In this document: positions 25,622 through 38,200 of the stretch, piece by piece | How the letters are laid out: each line of letters begins with the position of its first letter | How positions within the stretch are numbered: the stretch's first letter is position 1 | NCBI GenBank assembly: GCA_965202585.1 | Contig: OZ241826.1 | Span: forward strand, 42,284,001 to 42,348,000 | Reading direction: 5' to 3' | DNA: 64,000 nt | Source of the DNA: Thalia democratica | Taxonomy: Eukaryota | Translations under genes and position numbers: made by a program | Notes under the pieces: generated by a model | What the model saw: only the letters and a program-made list of their open reading frames with translations | Databases searched by the model: none | What the model was told of the DNA's origin: nothing

Positions 25622-25822
25622 TTTGTTGAAAAAAATTCCTGAAGGCAAAGCTGTCGAAAGTAGTTGTTGTAAATTAAACTTGCTACTTGTTTTACGTCAA
25701 CAATAATTGTTCTAAAAAAATATTTTTAACAATTTTAAATTTTTTCATATATTTTTCTGTGAATAAAAATAGAAAACAAGAACATTAAAAAAAAAAATAA
25801 AATAAATTTTAAAAACACTCAC

Positions 25823-25884
25823 CTTTTTCAAATAGTCCACGTGTGCTACGTTTGCTAGTGTTTAAGTGTAATTAAATAAATTAC
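25823..25884 (-). other. Putative 62-nt 5'UTR exon of Otx-A
   Basis: Consensus donor AAG|gtgagt (intron starts at 25822) and acceptor aaatattttttcag|G (AG at 25885-25886). The 184-nt intron leads to the exon-1 acceptor. Confidence 0.6.
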
Positions 25885-28800
25885 CTGAAAAAATATTTAA
25901 ATTATCAACTTGTTCTTTTGAGCTACTTATCAACATAAACAAAACTTAGTAATGATAAAATTCATCTACTGCTGACTATTATATACCAGCAAGAACAATA
26001 ATGAGAAACAAACAAACAAAATATACGGATGCTTTTTCTAATAAAGAAAATGTTGCAACAATACAAAAAATTGAGCAACCTTTTCATTAGATAGCAAAAG
26101 TTAGTTTGTGACGTTTCCACGTTTATTGTCTTTCCTTTGTTAACCATTGTAAAGAAAGTTCTATTCAATGTAAACAACAAAGCAAAAATCAGACAGTGAA
26201 GTAAAACTTTTTAGAAATTTTTGTTTCAAACTTCCGCCTAATTTGCGACAAAATGCATTTTAGTATTTCGCTGTCTCATTTTTTTTAGTTTAGATTATTG
26301 CTTTTTTGTTTCCTTAATTTGTTTATAACTTTATTTAATTATTTGTAATACTATTTAAATTAATAGCTAGTATAACGTTGTAAAAATTAATAAGCTACTA
26401 ATTAATATTGAATTATTTTTCTTAGTTTACTTTAGATCAACTTTAATTGTTTTCTATAGTTGTTACTTCTTTGTCGTATTAAAAAAACAGTTTAGTTTAT
26501 AAAAATCTAAAAGAAAATTAAAACTGCAAAACTTGCATCATGATGTTCAAGAAAAATCTAAATGACTCTAACAGTGATACTAATTAATGGTGGCTTATAA
26601 CAATGAACAAATGTGACAGTTTTTTGAATGCACATTAAACCGATCGATTAGCGAGTATTTAGAAATTATACTTTGAACTGCGTCGTACTTTGGAGTCTGT
26701 CATAAAATGGCACTTTACCCGAGTTAATCTTGCTTAATTTGCAAAAAATAAAGCACGATTCTTAAAAGTTTTGGGCCGAACTGACGGTGTTTGTTTTTGC
26801 ACTAGATTATGATTATCTCGTTCTGTGTGTTTTGGTTAAAATACTTCCAAAAAAAGTTTTTTATGTTGTATGTAGAAAAATATTTACCAACAGCTAGTTT
26901 AAAAGCTGCTTGCTTGATGAAAATTTAATACACAGAATGCCACTTAATGCGAGAACTATGCGAGAACAAAATGAACAAAAGCTTAAATTAAGACTATTAC
27001 AAGTTAATGCTTTTAAAGCTCTAAGAAAAGTTTGCTTTCTAAACTGTTGATCTCGCATTAATAAAGATTTTCTGATGCTTGAGCTAGCAAATCTTTTAAG
27101 TCCGCAAAGTCAATGGAAGATAATAGCTTAAAGACAGTTCGCATTGAAGCGGACATATTTACTTTGCTGGGGATTTAAAAAAGATTTCTTTGGCTTATAT
27201 TTAGCTAAATCTAAAGCTAATGGCTTAGTAGTAAAGCATGTTCTGTAGTATTATAATTCAATGAACTGCATTTTTTCATTGTATAACTTTAAAGCTCGAT
27301 AGTTTTACTTGTATACGTCATTTCAAGTTGAATGTTGTAAAACGAAAACACTAACAAAAACCGCAGTATGATATTTTACAGGTAAAAAGCACAGTTTTTC
27401 AAAATACTTCGTGTTTAAGAGTTTCATCTACACCTGCGCGCTCGCATTGAAGTAGCAAACGGCAAACGGTTAATTCCCTGCTGTTCCCTTTGTGCTGTAA
27501 CAAGGCCAAAGCCAGGCAACACCTGGCCAGTTTCTAACTTTTATGTTGCAAATAGCAGAGGTTTCTGTCTTCGCTTCATAAACGGCCAAATACTTAAACG
27601 CATACAAGTTCGAATTCTTGTTTGTCTAATTTGTTCACATCTCGAAAGCTTCAACCCGTTTTTCTGTTTACACCTGCCTCAAAGGCTACCTTGAACGTGC
27701 CAATTTTTTAGTTTCAACAGCTATTTGCTGACCTAAGAACCTAATTTTACACGAAAACTTCAACGAGCTAGTCTAAAGTATCAATAACAAAACACGAAAA
27801 ACCAACTTTTTTTCAAAGCTTGACCCGAAAATACTCAGCTTTGTTATTCCACTTCCTAAATAAAATAAATCGAAAACAACAAGTTTTGAGTTGATGAGAA
27901 AAGAGCCTTTTCACACTGACAATCAGCCTTGTTTTACAGACAATATTTCCGCACACAATGCCACCCAGCAGCGTTCGCGTGTCGCTTCCTCTTTAACTTG
28001 CCCAGGGTCGACCTTCTACCGACAAACGAACAAGTTAGGTGAAGGCCAGTCTGCTGGTGAAAACGAAACGCAACTCCAAGAATAGAGTCGGCGCCACGCA
28101 TAAGGGCGAAGCGTTAATTAGGAAGCAACAAAAACGACCACACATGGAGCGGTAGCAGCGGCACGCGAATATACTTTTGAGTCTTTTTAAAGTGATTTTT
28201 TGCCGCTGTGACGTAATAATGCTTCGTTTGATATGTCATAAAAACTAATAAAAGTACGCTTTTTAGCATTTTAAGCTTGTTACTGACATAAAAATAGTTT
28301 TATTATCTTATTTGCAGCACCATGTAGAATTGGCAGTTTGAAAAAAAAAACTTTTTCAGCGAGCAAGAATTAAAAGGGTGGATTTTAGTAAATTAGGGAA
28401 AAAAAAAAACTTGATTTTGAAAACAAAAAAAATTTGTTGCGAAAAACGTGCGAAGACTGTAAAATAAAAATGATAAAGAAAAAGTTGGCAAATAAAAAAT
28501 TTAAGCAAACACGTTCGCTCTACTTTACATGAATAAACCAGGGAATATTTGTCGAAAGAATAAACAAATGTTTGTTTCGTGTATTCCACTTCAAAGAGGC
28601 CGCTTCACGCGTTTCTACTTTCATTCTGGCATTTCCCACCCTCAAGGTTGAAAGAACAAGAAATATAAATTATGCAACGAGACCATCGGCTTTTTTTCCT
28701 TTATAAAAGGTCACGGAAACTTTCGAACTTTTTTTTAATATTCTTTTGAGTTATTTGAGGTAATAAAGCTTTGATATACATTGAGACTTTGGTGCAAAAG

Positions 28801-31800
28801 TTTATATCTTAAAGATTTATACCATTTAGTTAATCATAATATAGACGTGCTAAAATGGCGCTTTCGCGTTTAAGCGTAAAGTTTTCAAGTATATCGTTAT
28901 CCAAAAACACATCTGTATTTATAACGTTAGGATTTAATATGTTCTATTTTAAGTTCTAAAAATTAAACAAAAAAATTTGTCAACTTATATTTGATAAAGT
29001 ACTTAATACACTTTACCAAGCGTGATTTAAAAGCAATAGCTTGTTTGCTAAATAATTAACTTCATATAGACTTTTAAATAAACAAAATATATTATATTTT
29101 CCATGCAAATGTCATCATAATCGAATAAACAATATTTGTATTATATAATTATTAATAAACACTTTTTTGTAAAGTAGCAATATATTTTGTTTGCTAAAAT
29201 ATAAGCTTCGTGAAGTTCGTTGGCCTTTATAAATTAAAAAAATTAATTGTATTTTTATAAAAATCATGTAAAATAAAGTAAATTTTTTAAATATTTCATG
29301 ACTGTCAACTGGAAAAAAAAATTAAAATGCTCTAGCTCGTTAATTTATTATAATTATGAAAGTAAATTTCGTATCGTTCAAGTAGTTTAATCATTTAAGT
29401 TGTAAACAAGATAACGAAAACTTTTTAACATACTACAGTAGTTATTAGCCAACAAAAAATATCAATATTTGTACTAGACAGTAAGATAAATTATTTTGTA
29501 AAAAAAACGTTATTAGTTTAGATTTAAAAACCTACGTATCTTATTCAAAAAAACGACTTGCTCACGATATTTCTATCTTGAGAGTTGACTGTTTCGTAGC
29601 ACTAAAATAACATATCAACAAGCTTGTTCAAGCACTAACTTTCACTGCATCAACACTAAACTGACTTTATAAGCTCGTGCTAATCTGGACTGTGCTTGAG
29701 ACTCTGAGGTGTCTCATGCGCTGCGAATCTTCTAATAAACATGTCTCGCAACGTGCTCTCTACTTTTATGTGACACATTCTCTCGCAGACAGCCTGGGAA
29801 TCTCTTTGTCGCCGTTGGTGGATGAGAAGCGAGTGATATCGCAAGTAAGTTTTTGAATTTGGAAAGGGTTTTTGACGTTATTTTTTTAGATGGTCATTTG
29901 GCTGACTAAATATAAAGCTATAGAATAAAGTGACAAAAACATAAAAACAGTTATTGAAACATCAACATGAAAATTAATAAGAGAAGAAGATACAAATTAA
30001 ACTAATAGCTTTTATATGCTATAGGCAGTATATACACTTAAAGTATTTGAACGCTGAAAGGTCTTTTTCCCCACTCAGACCATTTTTATGAGCGTCATTT
30101 TATTTCTTGTATTTGTTACATAGATTAATTACTTTCTTGAACAATAAACTACCTAGTATACTTACTTTTTAAAATTTATAAAGATTTAAAACAGACAAAT
30201 GAAGACTTTGGCATCGAGGTACTCGAACTGTTATGATAAAACATCAACTTTTTTCATTTACAAAATATTTTCAATTAGTATCTTTACAACAAAAACTTAT
30301 AAACTTTCAAAATCAAAAAACGCATCAAAAACTTCTCGCTGAGCAGAATTCATACCGAACAAAAAACGTTTAATGGCGTGTCTGGTTTTTCGCCGACGCA
30401 AGCGGAAGGCAATGTGCCAGGACCGTCTGCCTGGACACTCGAGAAGGGATCTAAACTACGTCACGGCATCAAATTACACGTCCACCTACGTCACACTGCT
30501 TCGATGTTCGCACCGATACGATAAAAGTTAAACGCCCCCGCGCGAAATCCCGTTGCTAAGCAAACAACGGGTCGCCACGCGCCGGTGGGCTGTCGGCTTA
30601 CGGGGGCTGATTCGCCGGGAAATTAATTCGATCGCGGGACCTTGGTTGTCATCACCATGGCAACGTGCTTTCCTTGCCGCCCCTTTTCACGGTGGCCCCG
30701 CCAAGCATTGACGTCACGGGGTAGATAGTCGCGGTGAGGGGAAACCGAAAAGATTTTGCAGAGTCTGCTCTGCTGAAGATGAAGTTGCGCTGAAAGGTAA
30801 ATTGACATTGAAGCTGTGATGCAGACGAATTTGCATGTTGAAAGCGAACTGTAAGTAGCTGCAGTCAATTATGCAGCTTTTAAGCAAATTTTATAAAAAG
30901 TATTTAAATAAAAGTTTAAAAGAAGCTTTGAATTAGAAATATTTGATGCACTTTTAGTGCTTTTGGAAAACTTGTATTTATAATCAAAGTTTTTAGATTG
31001 ATAATTTTGATTTAGTTGCTTAAAGTAATCAAAATTGTAAAAGCTGATAGATAAGAAAAATTCACATAAAAGTTTTTACATTGTAAATGTATAAAAAAAT
31101 ATTTTTACAAATTTTAAGCCGGAAAATCATAAAAAGAAAGAATTAAGTAGGCCAATTAGTAATTATTTTGTTTCCAAACGTAGTTTGTAATAAGAAAAAA
31201 TTAGTCTAGTCTAATTTGACAGGTATTTATCTAATTAAACATCATAACTTCATTTTGAAGTAAATTATTCATTCGAAAACACTTGTTCAAGTACTATAAA
31301 AATTCACAAGTTATTAAAAAAAATTCCACTTGGCTAGAAGACAGGTTCTTAAACGAAAAAAAATAAAAGACTCCAAAAAAATAAATTACTTTAAATAAGC
31401 AAAGTTTTCAACAAAACTTTGAAACAGCTGAATGTCGTAAAACCTCCAAAGCAGCAAATAATCTTTAATAACTTCATACGCTAACAAATTACTACACAAT
31501 CTTTTTCGCATTTTATTTTTGACAAACAAAATTATCTATTCGCGCGCTACCTTTGATCGACGCCGGCTCATTATAAAAAGTCTCATAATATTTTTGTGTG
31601 GAAAACTTCCAACACTTAGTTTGTTTTTTCACTTTCGCCCCACCGAAACAGCTAACTTGTAACAAGATAGTGTTTGCTGTACAAACAGCCGGCCAAAACC
31701 ATGCTCATTTAAATACACAAGCAAACAGTTTGCCCGGTTGCAGTTCTCATGGTTTTCCTGAAATCGTTGAAAAGTGTAACCGATCTGTGTGCCAAGAAAC

Positions 31801-32161
31801 AAAATCACACGGCTGGAAAGAATTATAATCATGACAGCAAACAAACCGTAAGCAATTATCTCGATTTCGAACGGTGAGGGATGGTACAGTGTTCGCGAAA
31901 CAAATGCAAATGTTTAAATTTAAACTGATTTTTAGCAACTGCAGCATCCAAACTCGATTATGCGAGTTTACTAAATACCGCTAATTCGATCTTACGGCGA
32001 ATCTGCGATTTTTCACGCTCTTAATTCGCTCAGCAGCTAACTACCGTCGTATTTCGCGGTGGTCCGAACCTCAAATGAAATTAATTGCAAATCGCCGTGA
32101 CCGCTCTCAATCAAAATTTTTATTTCATCTCGTGATAATTTACGGAAACTAGCCGCCCTCC

Positions 32162-32250
32162 TTGGCAACCAGCTGTTGCTAGCAACCGCCCCGTCGCTTT
32201 CTGGTTGCGAGCGATGACGCGGTTGTCAGGTTTCTGGTTGCCTGGCGACC
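32162..32250. promoter_or_regulatory. Candidate RFX X-box cluster upstream of Otx-A
   Basis: TTGGCAACC (32162), the perfect palindrome GTTGCTAGCAAC (32175-32186) and GGTTGCCTGGCGACC (32236-32250) in a CpG-rich island. Confidence 0.5.
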
Positions 32251-35200
32251 GTGGCGGGGTTTTTGAAGTCTGGCGAGTCCCGCGTGCTGATTGGTTGTTG
32301 GGAGATAAGATTTTATCAGGCCCCGATTAACCGGCATTACAACCCATCGGTTGTTTGAAGTTGTGTTTTGTAAGCAATCAATGAAAAGTATTGTCTCTAA
32401 AATTCAAGTTTTGACTGTTTCAAAAAATAGTTCGTGGATTATAATAAGATATAATTTGAAATTGTGCTTCTTTAGAAAAAAACTTGCTCAAACTTATTTT
32501 TAGAGCTATTGAAAAATATTAATAACAGTTTTACATTTCCATAAGAGCTGCAATAACAGTTTACAAATGAAGTTTTATTTTGAAGAGCTATAACTAAGTT
32601 TTATGTATGCAGCTTAGAACTTCATAATGCAAAACACATTAACTTACCATAAAAAACAACTTTTCTTACACTACAATGCAAAACTAAAAACTCATTTAAA
32701 TGCAAATTTTACGGTATATATACATACATATATACGAATATTGACGTAACTTTATCTTTTTTCACTTAAATTGGAAATTGAGGGTACAATTTCAGGATTA
32801 AAACCATTTTACTTTCAGAGCAGTTTTTGTTTTCTGCGATTGTACAATTTATACCAATTTACGAAGACAATGGACTGAGATTCTGTGATATGATATCTGT
32901 AATAACAAGAAAAATGGATTTCGACCAATTTAAAAATTCTTTTGAAAACTTGGTAAAGTTTAAAGTAAAAAGATGATACGTAAAAATCTATATGGCTAAT
33001 GTTACTGATAAGTTTAATAAAAAAAGAAAACAAATAGTGTTTTTAAACCATCAACAAAATTATTAAATTTATTTACATATACCATAAAATAATTGATTTT
33101 GAATACTAAGTAGTTTAATAGTTTAATGTTTTTTAGATTTATTCCAAAAAATCTGTTAAGTTCTTGAAAAATTATGCATACACTAACTGCGTTTAAAACA
33201 AATAGTCAACAAAAAAAAAAACTATTTCCTAACCATCTATATTTCAGCTGCACTTAAATTAGCATTAAACGTTAATAACGCTGATAATTACAATGCGCTT
33301 GACCTGAAGTCAAAATTGTAATCAAGCCGTAGATGCCTGCAGCCAATTTATAGGAAAATATGAATTTTTTTACGATTTTCTCTCCACTTTTGCGTCTTGT
33401 AGTAATCAAGTTTTGTTTGTAAGTGGTTTTGTAGTAACTAAAGCTGTCTTCTATATTTAGAGTTTTCAGAAATTCTTCACTTGAGTATTGTCGCTTAGTT
33501 GGCTAGTACTGAAACATGAATTCGAGTGGTAAAGCATTTAAAAAATTAAAAAGTTAGTTTGGTAGAAACCTTTTAAGTTTGCAATAAGTTTTAAGCACAC
33601 ATTTGTAAGATAACTTAGTATTGTGTTCTTACATAAATCCGTGTAAGATATTGTACTACAAAGAATTCGTAACATTAAATTAAGCTTGTGTTCTTACAAA
33701 TGCTAAATCTAAACTGCTGTTTTACCAAAACGTTCGAAATTTATCATAAGCTTGCAATAAACGTTTATTCTATTTAGTTTAAATTTTGTAACTATATTTT
33801 AGAAACTTTAAAACTAATAAACTTTATTTCAAACTTATTGTAAAAATTAATACAGCATTTAAGGTAAACAACTAAAAAAAAACCTAAAAAACAGAACAAA
33901 TTAAAAATTGACCACAGACTGTTTGAAATAGCTCTTTCACGAAATGAACTTAGAGGCCGTTACAAAACATACAGCATTATTGTTTGAAGCCAACGTCTGT
34001 TCGATTCACACTTGAAAGCAAACGCATGTTTTAAGCTCACACCTGTAGTAATCACATTTCCGCGTTTTATTTCTAATCGTCGCAATTTCAAGCAGACGCT
34101 TGCTTGTTTTTCAGTTTAACGCGCACCTAAAAGCCCCGCAAACTGAGTGTGTGTTCCAACATATAGCTCTAAATTAACACCGTGAAATTTGTCTTTGATA
34201 AATTATTGAAGGCATCAGCTGGCCACCTCCGTGTTTAGTAACACCAAAACATTCGTCTCAACTTGATTAAAACCAGTTTCAAACAGCGTTCGTTTGCAGA
34301 AAGTGTTCTAGGAGGATTTTTAGAAGTGTGAAAACTTCTTTATTCCTTTGAATTTAAATATATACATCTGAAAATTGTATAAAGTTGTTATATATATTTA
34401 TGTATAAATATTTGTCTACGCAAAAATTTGAAATAATTTTTAAATACAAAAAGTTGTAAAACTATACTTTTGTCAACACAGAAATATATTGAATAAGTAG
34501 AGCTATATTTTTGTATCCAAAAAAATCTCTTAATTAAATGTGTCGTTGAATTCAAAAAAGTCAACTAGAAATCTCTTAAACGCTTCCGAAGCTCGAATAA
34601 ACGATCGCTGTTCAAACTACCGGTAATTTAGAGTCCCGCAGAGCAAGTTTGCAGCTATAAATACTGCTTAAGCGCTATTTCGGAGGTTAAAAACGTTATC
34701 AGTCAACTTAATGAGTGTATTAGCTGTTTATAACCTCGAATTGATATAAGTTTTGCTGAAGCGACGCAATTAATTTAAATTGAAGAACATACTTGTTTTT
34801 GAAATACATAGTAAATTTACTTTTATAAAAACGTAAGACCAGTAGTGTTTTCTAAACAGTAGTTTAGTAGCTATCCGCTGAGTAAAACTTCTACTCGTAG
34901 CTATTGAGTTGACTAGGACAACTTTGTTTAATATTTATTGGGTTCAAAAACTCATTGACTTGCAAAAACTTTACTAATGCTAGCATGGCTAGCATTTTCT
35001 ATTCAAACAACAAGTAACTAAAATTCTTTATTAAAACTGTGCTGGCTTCGTGTGAAAGTCAGGGTACTTCAGGGTGTACGGCCCTTGAACTTGACGGGAA
35101 AACAATAAGGTTGTCAAGTGCTAGCTGTTGTTAGCTGTCATTATTCTAAAAAAAAAACACGGATTTACTACTGCAATTTAAAGATGTTGTAGTAAAGAAA

Positions 35201-38200
35201 ATAATAAAAATTTTAAAGTCGGCTGTTTGCTGTTTTCTCGAGGGTAGATAAGGCTTGGACATCAAAAAACTATATTGCTGACAGTTTTTAGAATAAAAAA
35301 TACTTAAATACTATTATTTATTTGTTCATAAATTGTGGTTTTTTTGTAAAATAAACTAAAAACTTAACTATATAAAGGTAAATACGGCATAATCAATTTC
35401 ATACTTTATTAAAGTCAATTACAAGTAACAAAATGTTTAACTTGGATTGTAAGTTAAATTTTTCTTTTAAGTTTAAACACTAAAATTTTACAAACTTCTC
35501 TAGAATCTTGTAAAACTTAAACTTTTAGTTCGCTAATTTTAATGTTGACAAAATAAGTAAAAAAAAGCGTTTCATGCAAACAAAGGTATCGATCACAACT
35601 TGTAGTTTTTGAGTATATTTTGGTTTTTAATTTTCAACATCATAAGCTTTAATCTGTTTATTGTTTAAAAAACATAACATCTTTTTTATTTCAAAGCTGC
35701 TTTGATTAATTAATTCAGCGTGATAAACCTAACAAGAAGCCCACAACTCAACTTTTTTCTAATTAATCAGACAGCCGTAAAACCGGCAAAGTGTTTACAG
35801 TAAATTGCCTTTCATGATTTGACACGTCGCTATATAAAGCGCTTTAATTTTAGCACAATGTAGTAGTCATAACCGTTTGTTAGGACTCGAACGCAGTAGG
35901 GGGGCTTGAAAGTTGGAAACAGTGAACAATTGAAGTCAAAAGGATTAAAATGGCCATTAATTTTCAGTCATATACTTCTATTGATAGACCGAAACTTTCA
36001 TTGAGTTTTGTGTTGCTTGCGTCAAGATTTGTATGCAGAAAAAACGTCTTTTTAAGCTGCAAAAATACTCAAAACTAAACATCTTAAATAGTGTTAAGCT
36101 GTAAATACGTACATTATTTATCTAACAGTATGGATTTTTAAGTTTCAAAATATAAAAATTCAAACTATTTTGTGACTTGTTTGAGAAAACTATTTGCTAT
36201 GAATTTTACAACACGAAACTCTTACTCAATTTTTACAGTAGCTTTCTTTTGTAGCTACTTGAAACAATTATGAAAATGTCAGATTTAAAAGTTGCATCGC
36301 ACGCGACTATATCCACTTAAAACTATTAAAAAATGCTCGCAACTTAAAAGTGGATCTTTTAAAGGTTATTTCGCGGACCAATTATAAAAAGTAAAACTTC
36401 AAACAAGCTTCATCTATTATGACTACTCAAAAACAAGGCTCCTTATACATCACTTCATGAGTGTGTCATTTTACAAATCATTTAATTGCAACTATTCTTT
36501 GTACAAATTATAAGTTCCTGATGTTTCGAACCATATTATTATAATTTTTTCCAAACGTTATATTTTTTGAACTGACTTTATGTAATCGGCTTTTAATTTA
36601 AAGTTAACATAAAAAGTCCAAAGCGCTTGTTTTGGTTGCTTAGCAACGTGTAACTACTAGCAACGCCACCAGTCTGCGGGTCACAGCCAGCACAACTATC
36701 AATCAACGTCTCTCGAAAGTGACAAGATTCTTGTTTTTGTGACAAGCATGTTTATTGAGTAATCGCACTTTTGGGACTACACCAGTCTATTTTTGTTTAC
36801 GGTTAAATAAAGTTAATTAAACGAAGTATGGTATCGGTTCCAGAGTCGTACGTAATTATTTCCAGTCATTTTAAATTAGTTCTCATTAAGTTTAAAAAAA
36901 GATTTTTGGTAAAAATGAAAAAGATCATTACCAAACTAATTAGAAAAAACACAATTATACTCGCTCTAAAGTTAAAGTTGTTAAGATTAAAGATATTTTA
37001 AAAAATAATAGATAACTTATTTTTCGTGAAAAAATAGCAGGTTATGAAAAATAAGTTATTCTATATAATAATGTAAAGTCAAAAATATCAGTTAAAATAA
37101 ATCATAAAAAATCTGCTAGTATATCAAGCAATTCTAAAAAAAAGTACAACAAAACTTAAATGAAAGCTATCTTGACAATGACTAGTTTAAAAAATTCAAT
37201 TAATTTAAAATTAAAATACTAAAAATATTAAATTCTGCTTAAAAATTTGGCCCTAACTAAAATTTTAAATCTAATAATTTCTATAAATATTCAAAGCAGT
37301 AACATAAAACATGTTTATGATAACTATTAACAAAAATTAAGCTAACATACATTTTATACCTTGTGATTTTTACAATGTACACCATATTTTGTAAACCATT
37401 ACTGATAGCTTTGAAATCAACTTGTAACAATTTTTTTTAAACTAAACTATATTTACAAAAATTTGCATCCTCACTATCTTAGCAAATCAAGCAAAGCAAC
37501 TTTAAAAAAAAACTCACATCAACGAGTACTGGAAAGCAACGAACACACATAGCATGAGAATCGCAGCAGATGCCGCCGTAATGAGCAGCGCAGGCGGCAG
37601 GAGATCTGTTAAATCTCGTTGAGAGGATTAAGAGGTTGAGCATCGTTGAATGCATGGGAGATACTTCGGTTGGCGCGCAACGGTGACCCCTGAGATGTGA
37701 CGCGCGGAATCCCGTTAAAATTGGATTCGAAGCGCAAGATAGCTTTGTCCAGGGATCGCGCGGTTGGAGTAAACAACAAAGGATTGGATTACACGCTCGC
37801 AAAAAATTCCATGTTTTTAGTCTCAGTGTTGAAAATCAATGCGCTCTTGGTTTTCATATTCAGCAGAGTTTTCGGGCAAATTAAGTTTTCTTTGAGTACA
37901 AAACAAAATCTTATTTTGAATACGTCACTTCGAAATGCGCTTCCTTTAACTTTACTGGCTCATGAATGAAATGATTTATTCAAAACAGTTGGGCTAAATT
38001 AGCAGTGTGACTTTAATCCTTTTTATTGATATCTGGTAAAATCCGCAGTGACGCTAAAAAGCTTTTAGGGTGTAAAATCAATTTTACATTTTCAAAACTA
38101 AAAACTTTTCAGCTGAAACTGAAATTAAGCTTTGTGAACCAGTAAGATCTCTTAACATATTTAACTAATCAAGTCTTATTTGTTCTAAGTGCGGAAATAA

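Noticed and set aside
29686-29722. Short hairpin GTGCTTGAGAC-loop-GTCTCATGCGC as a possible pre-miRNA
   Set aside because: The stem is only about 11-13 bp with mismatches, too short for a miRNA precursor.
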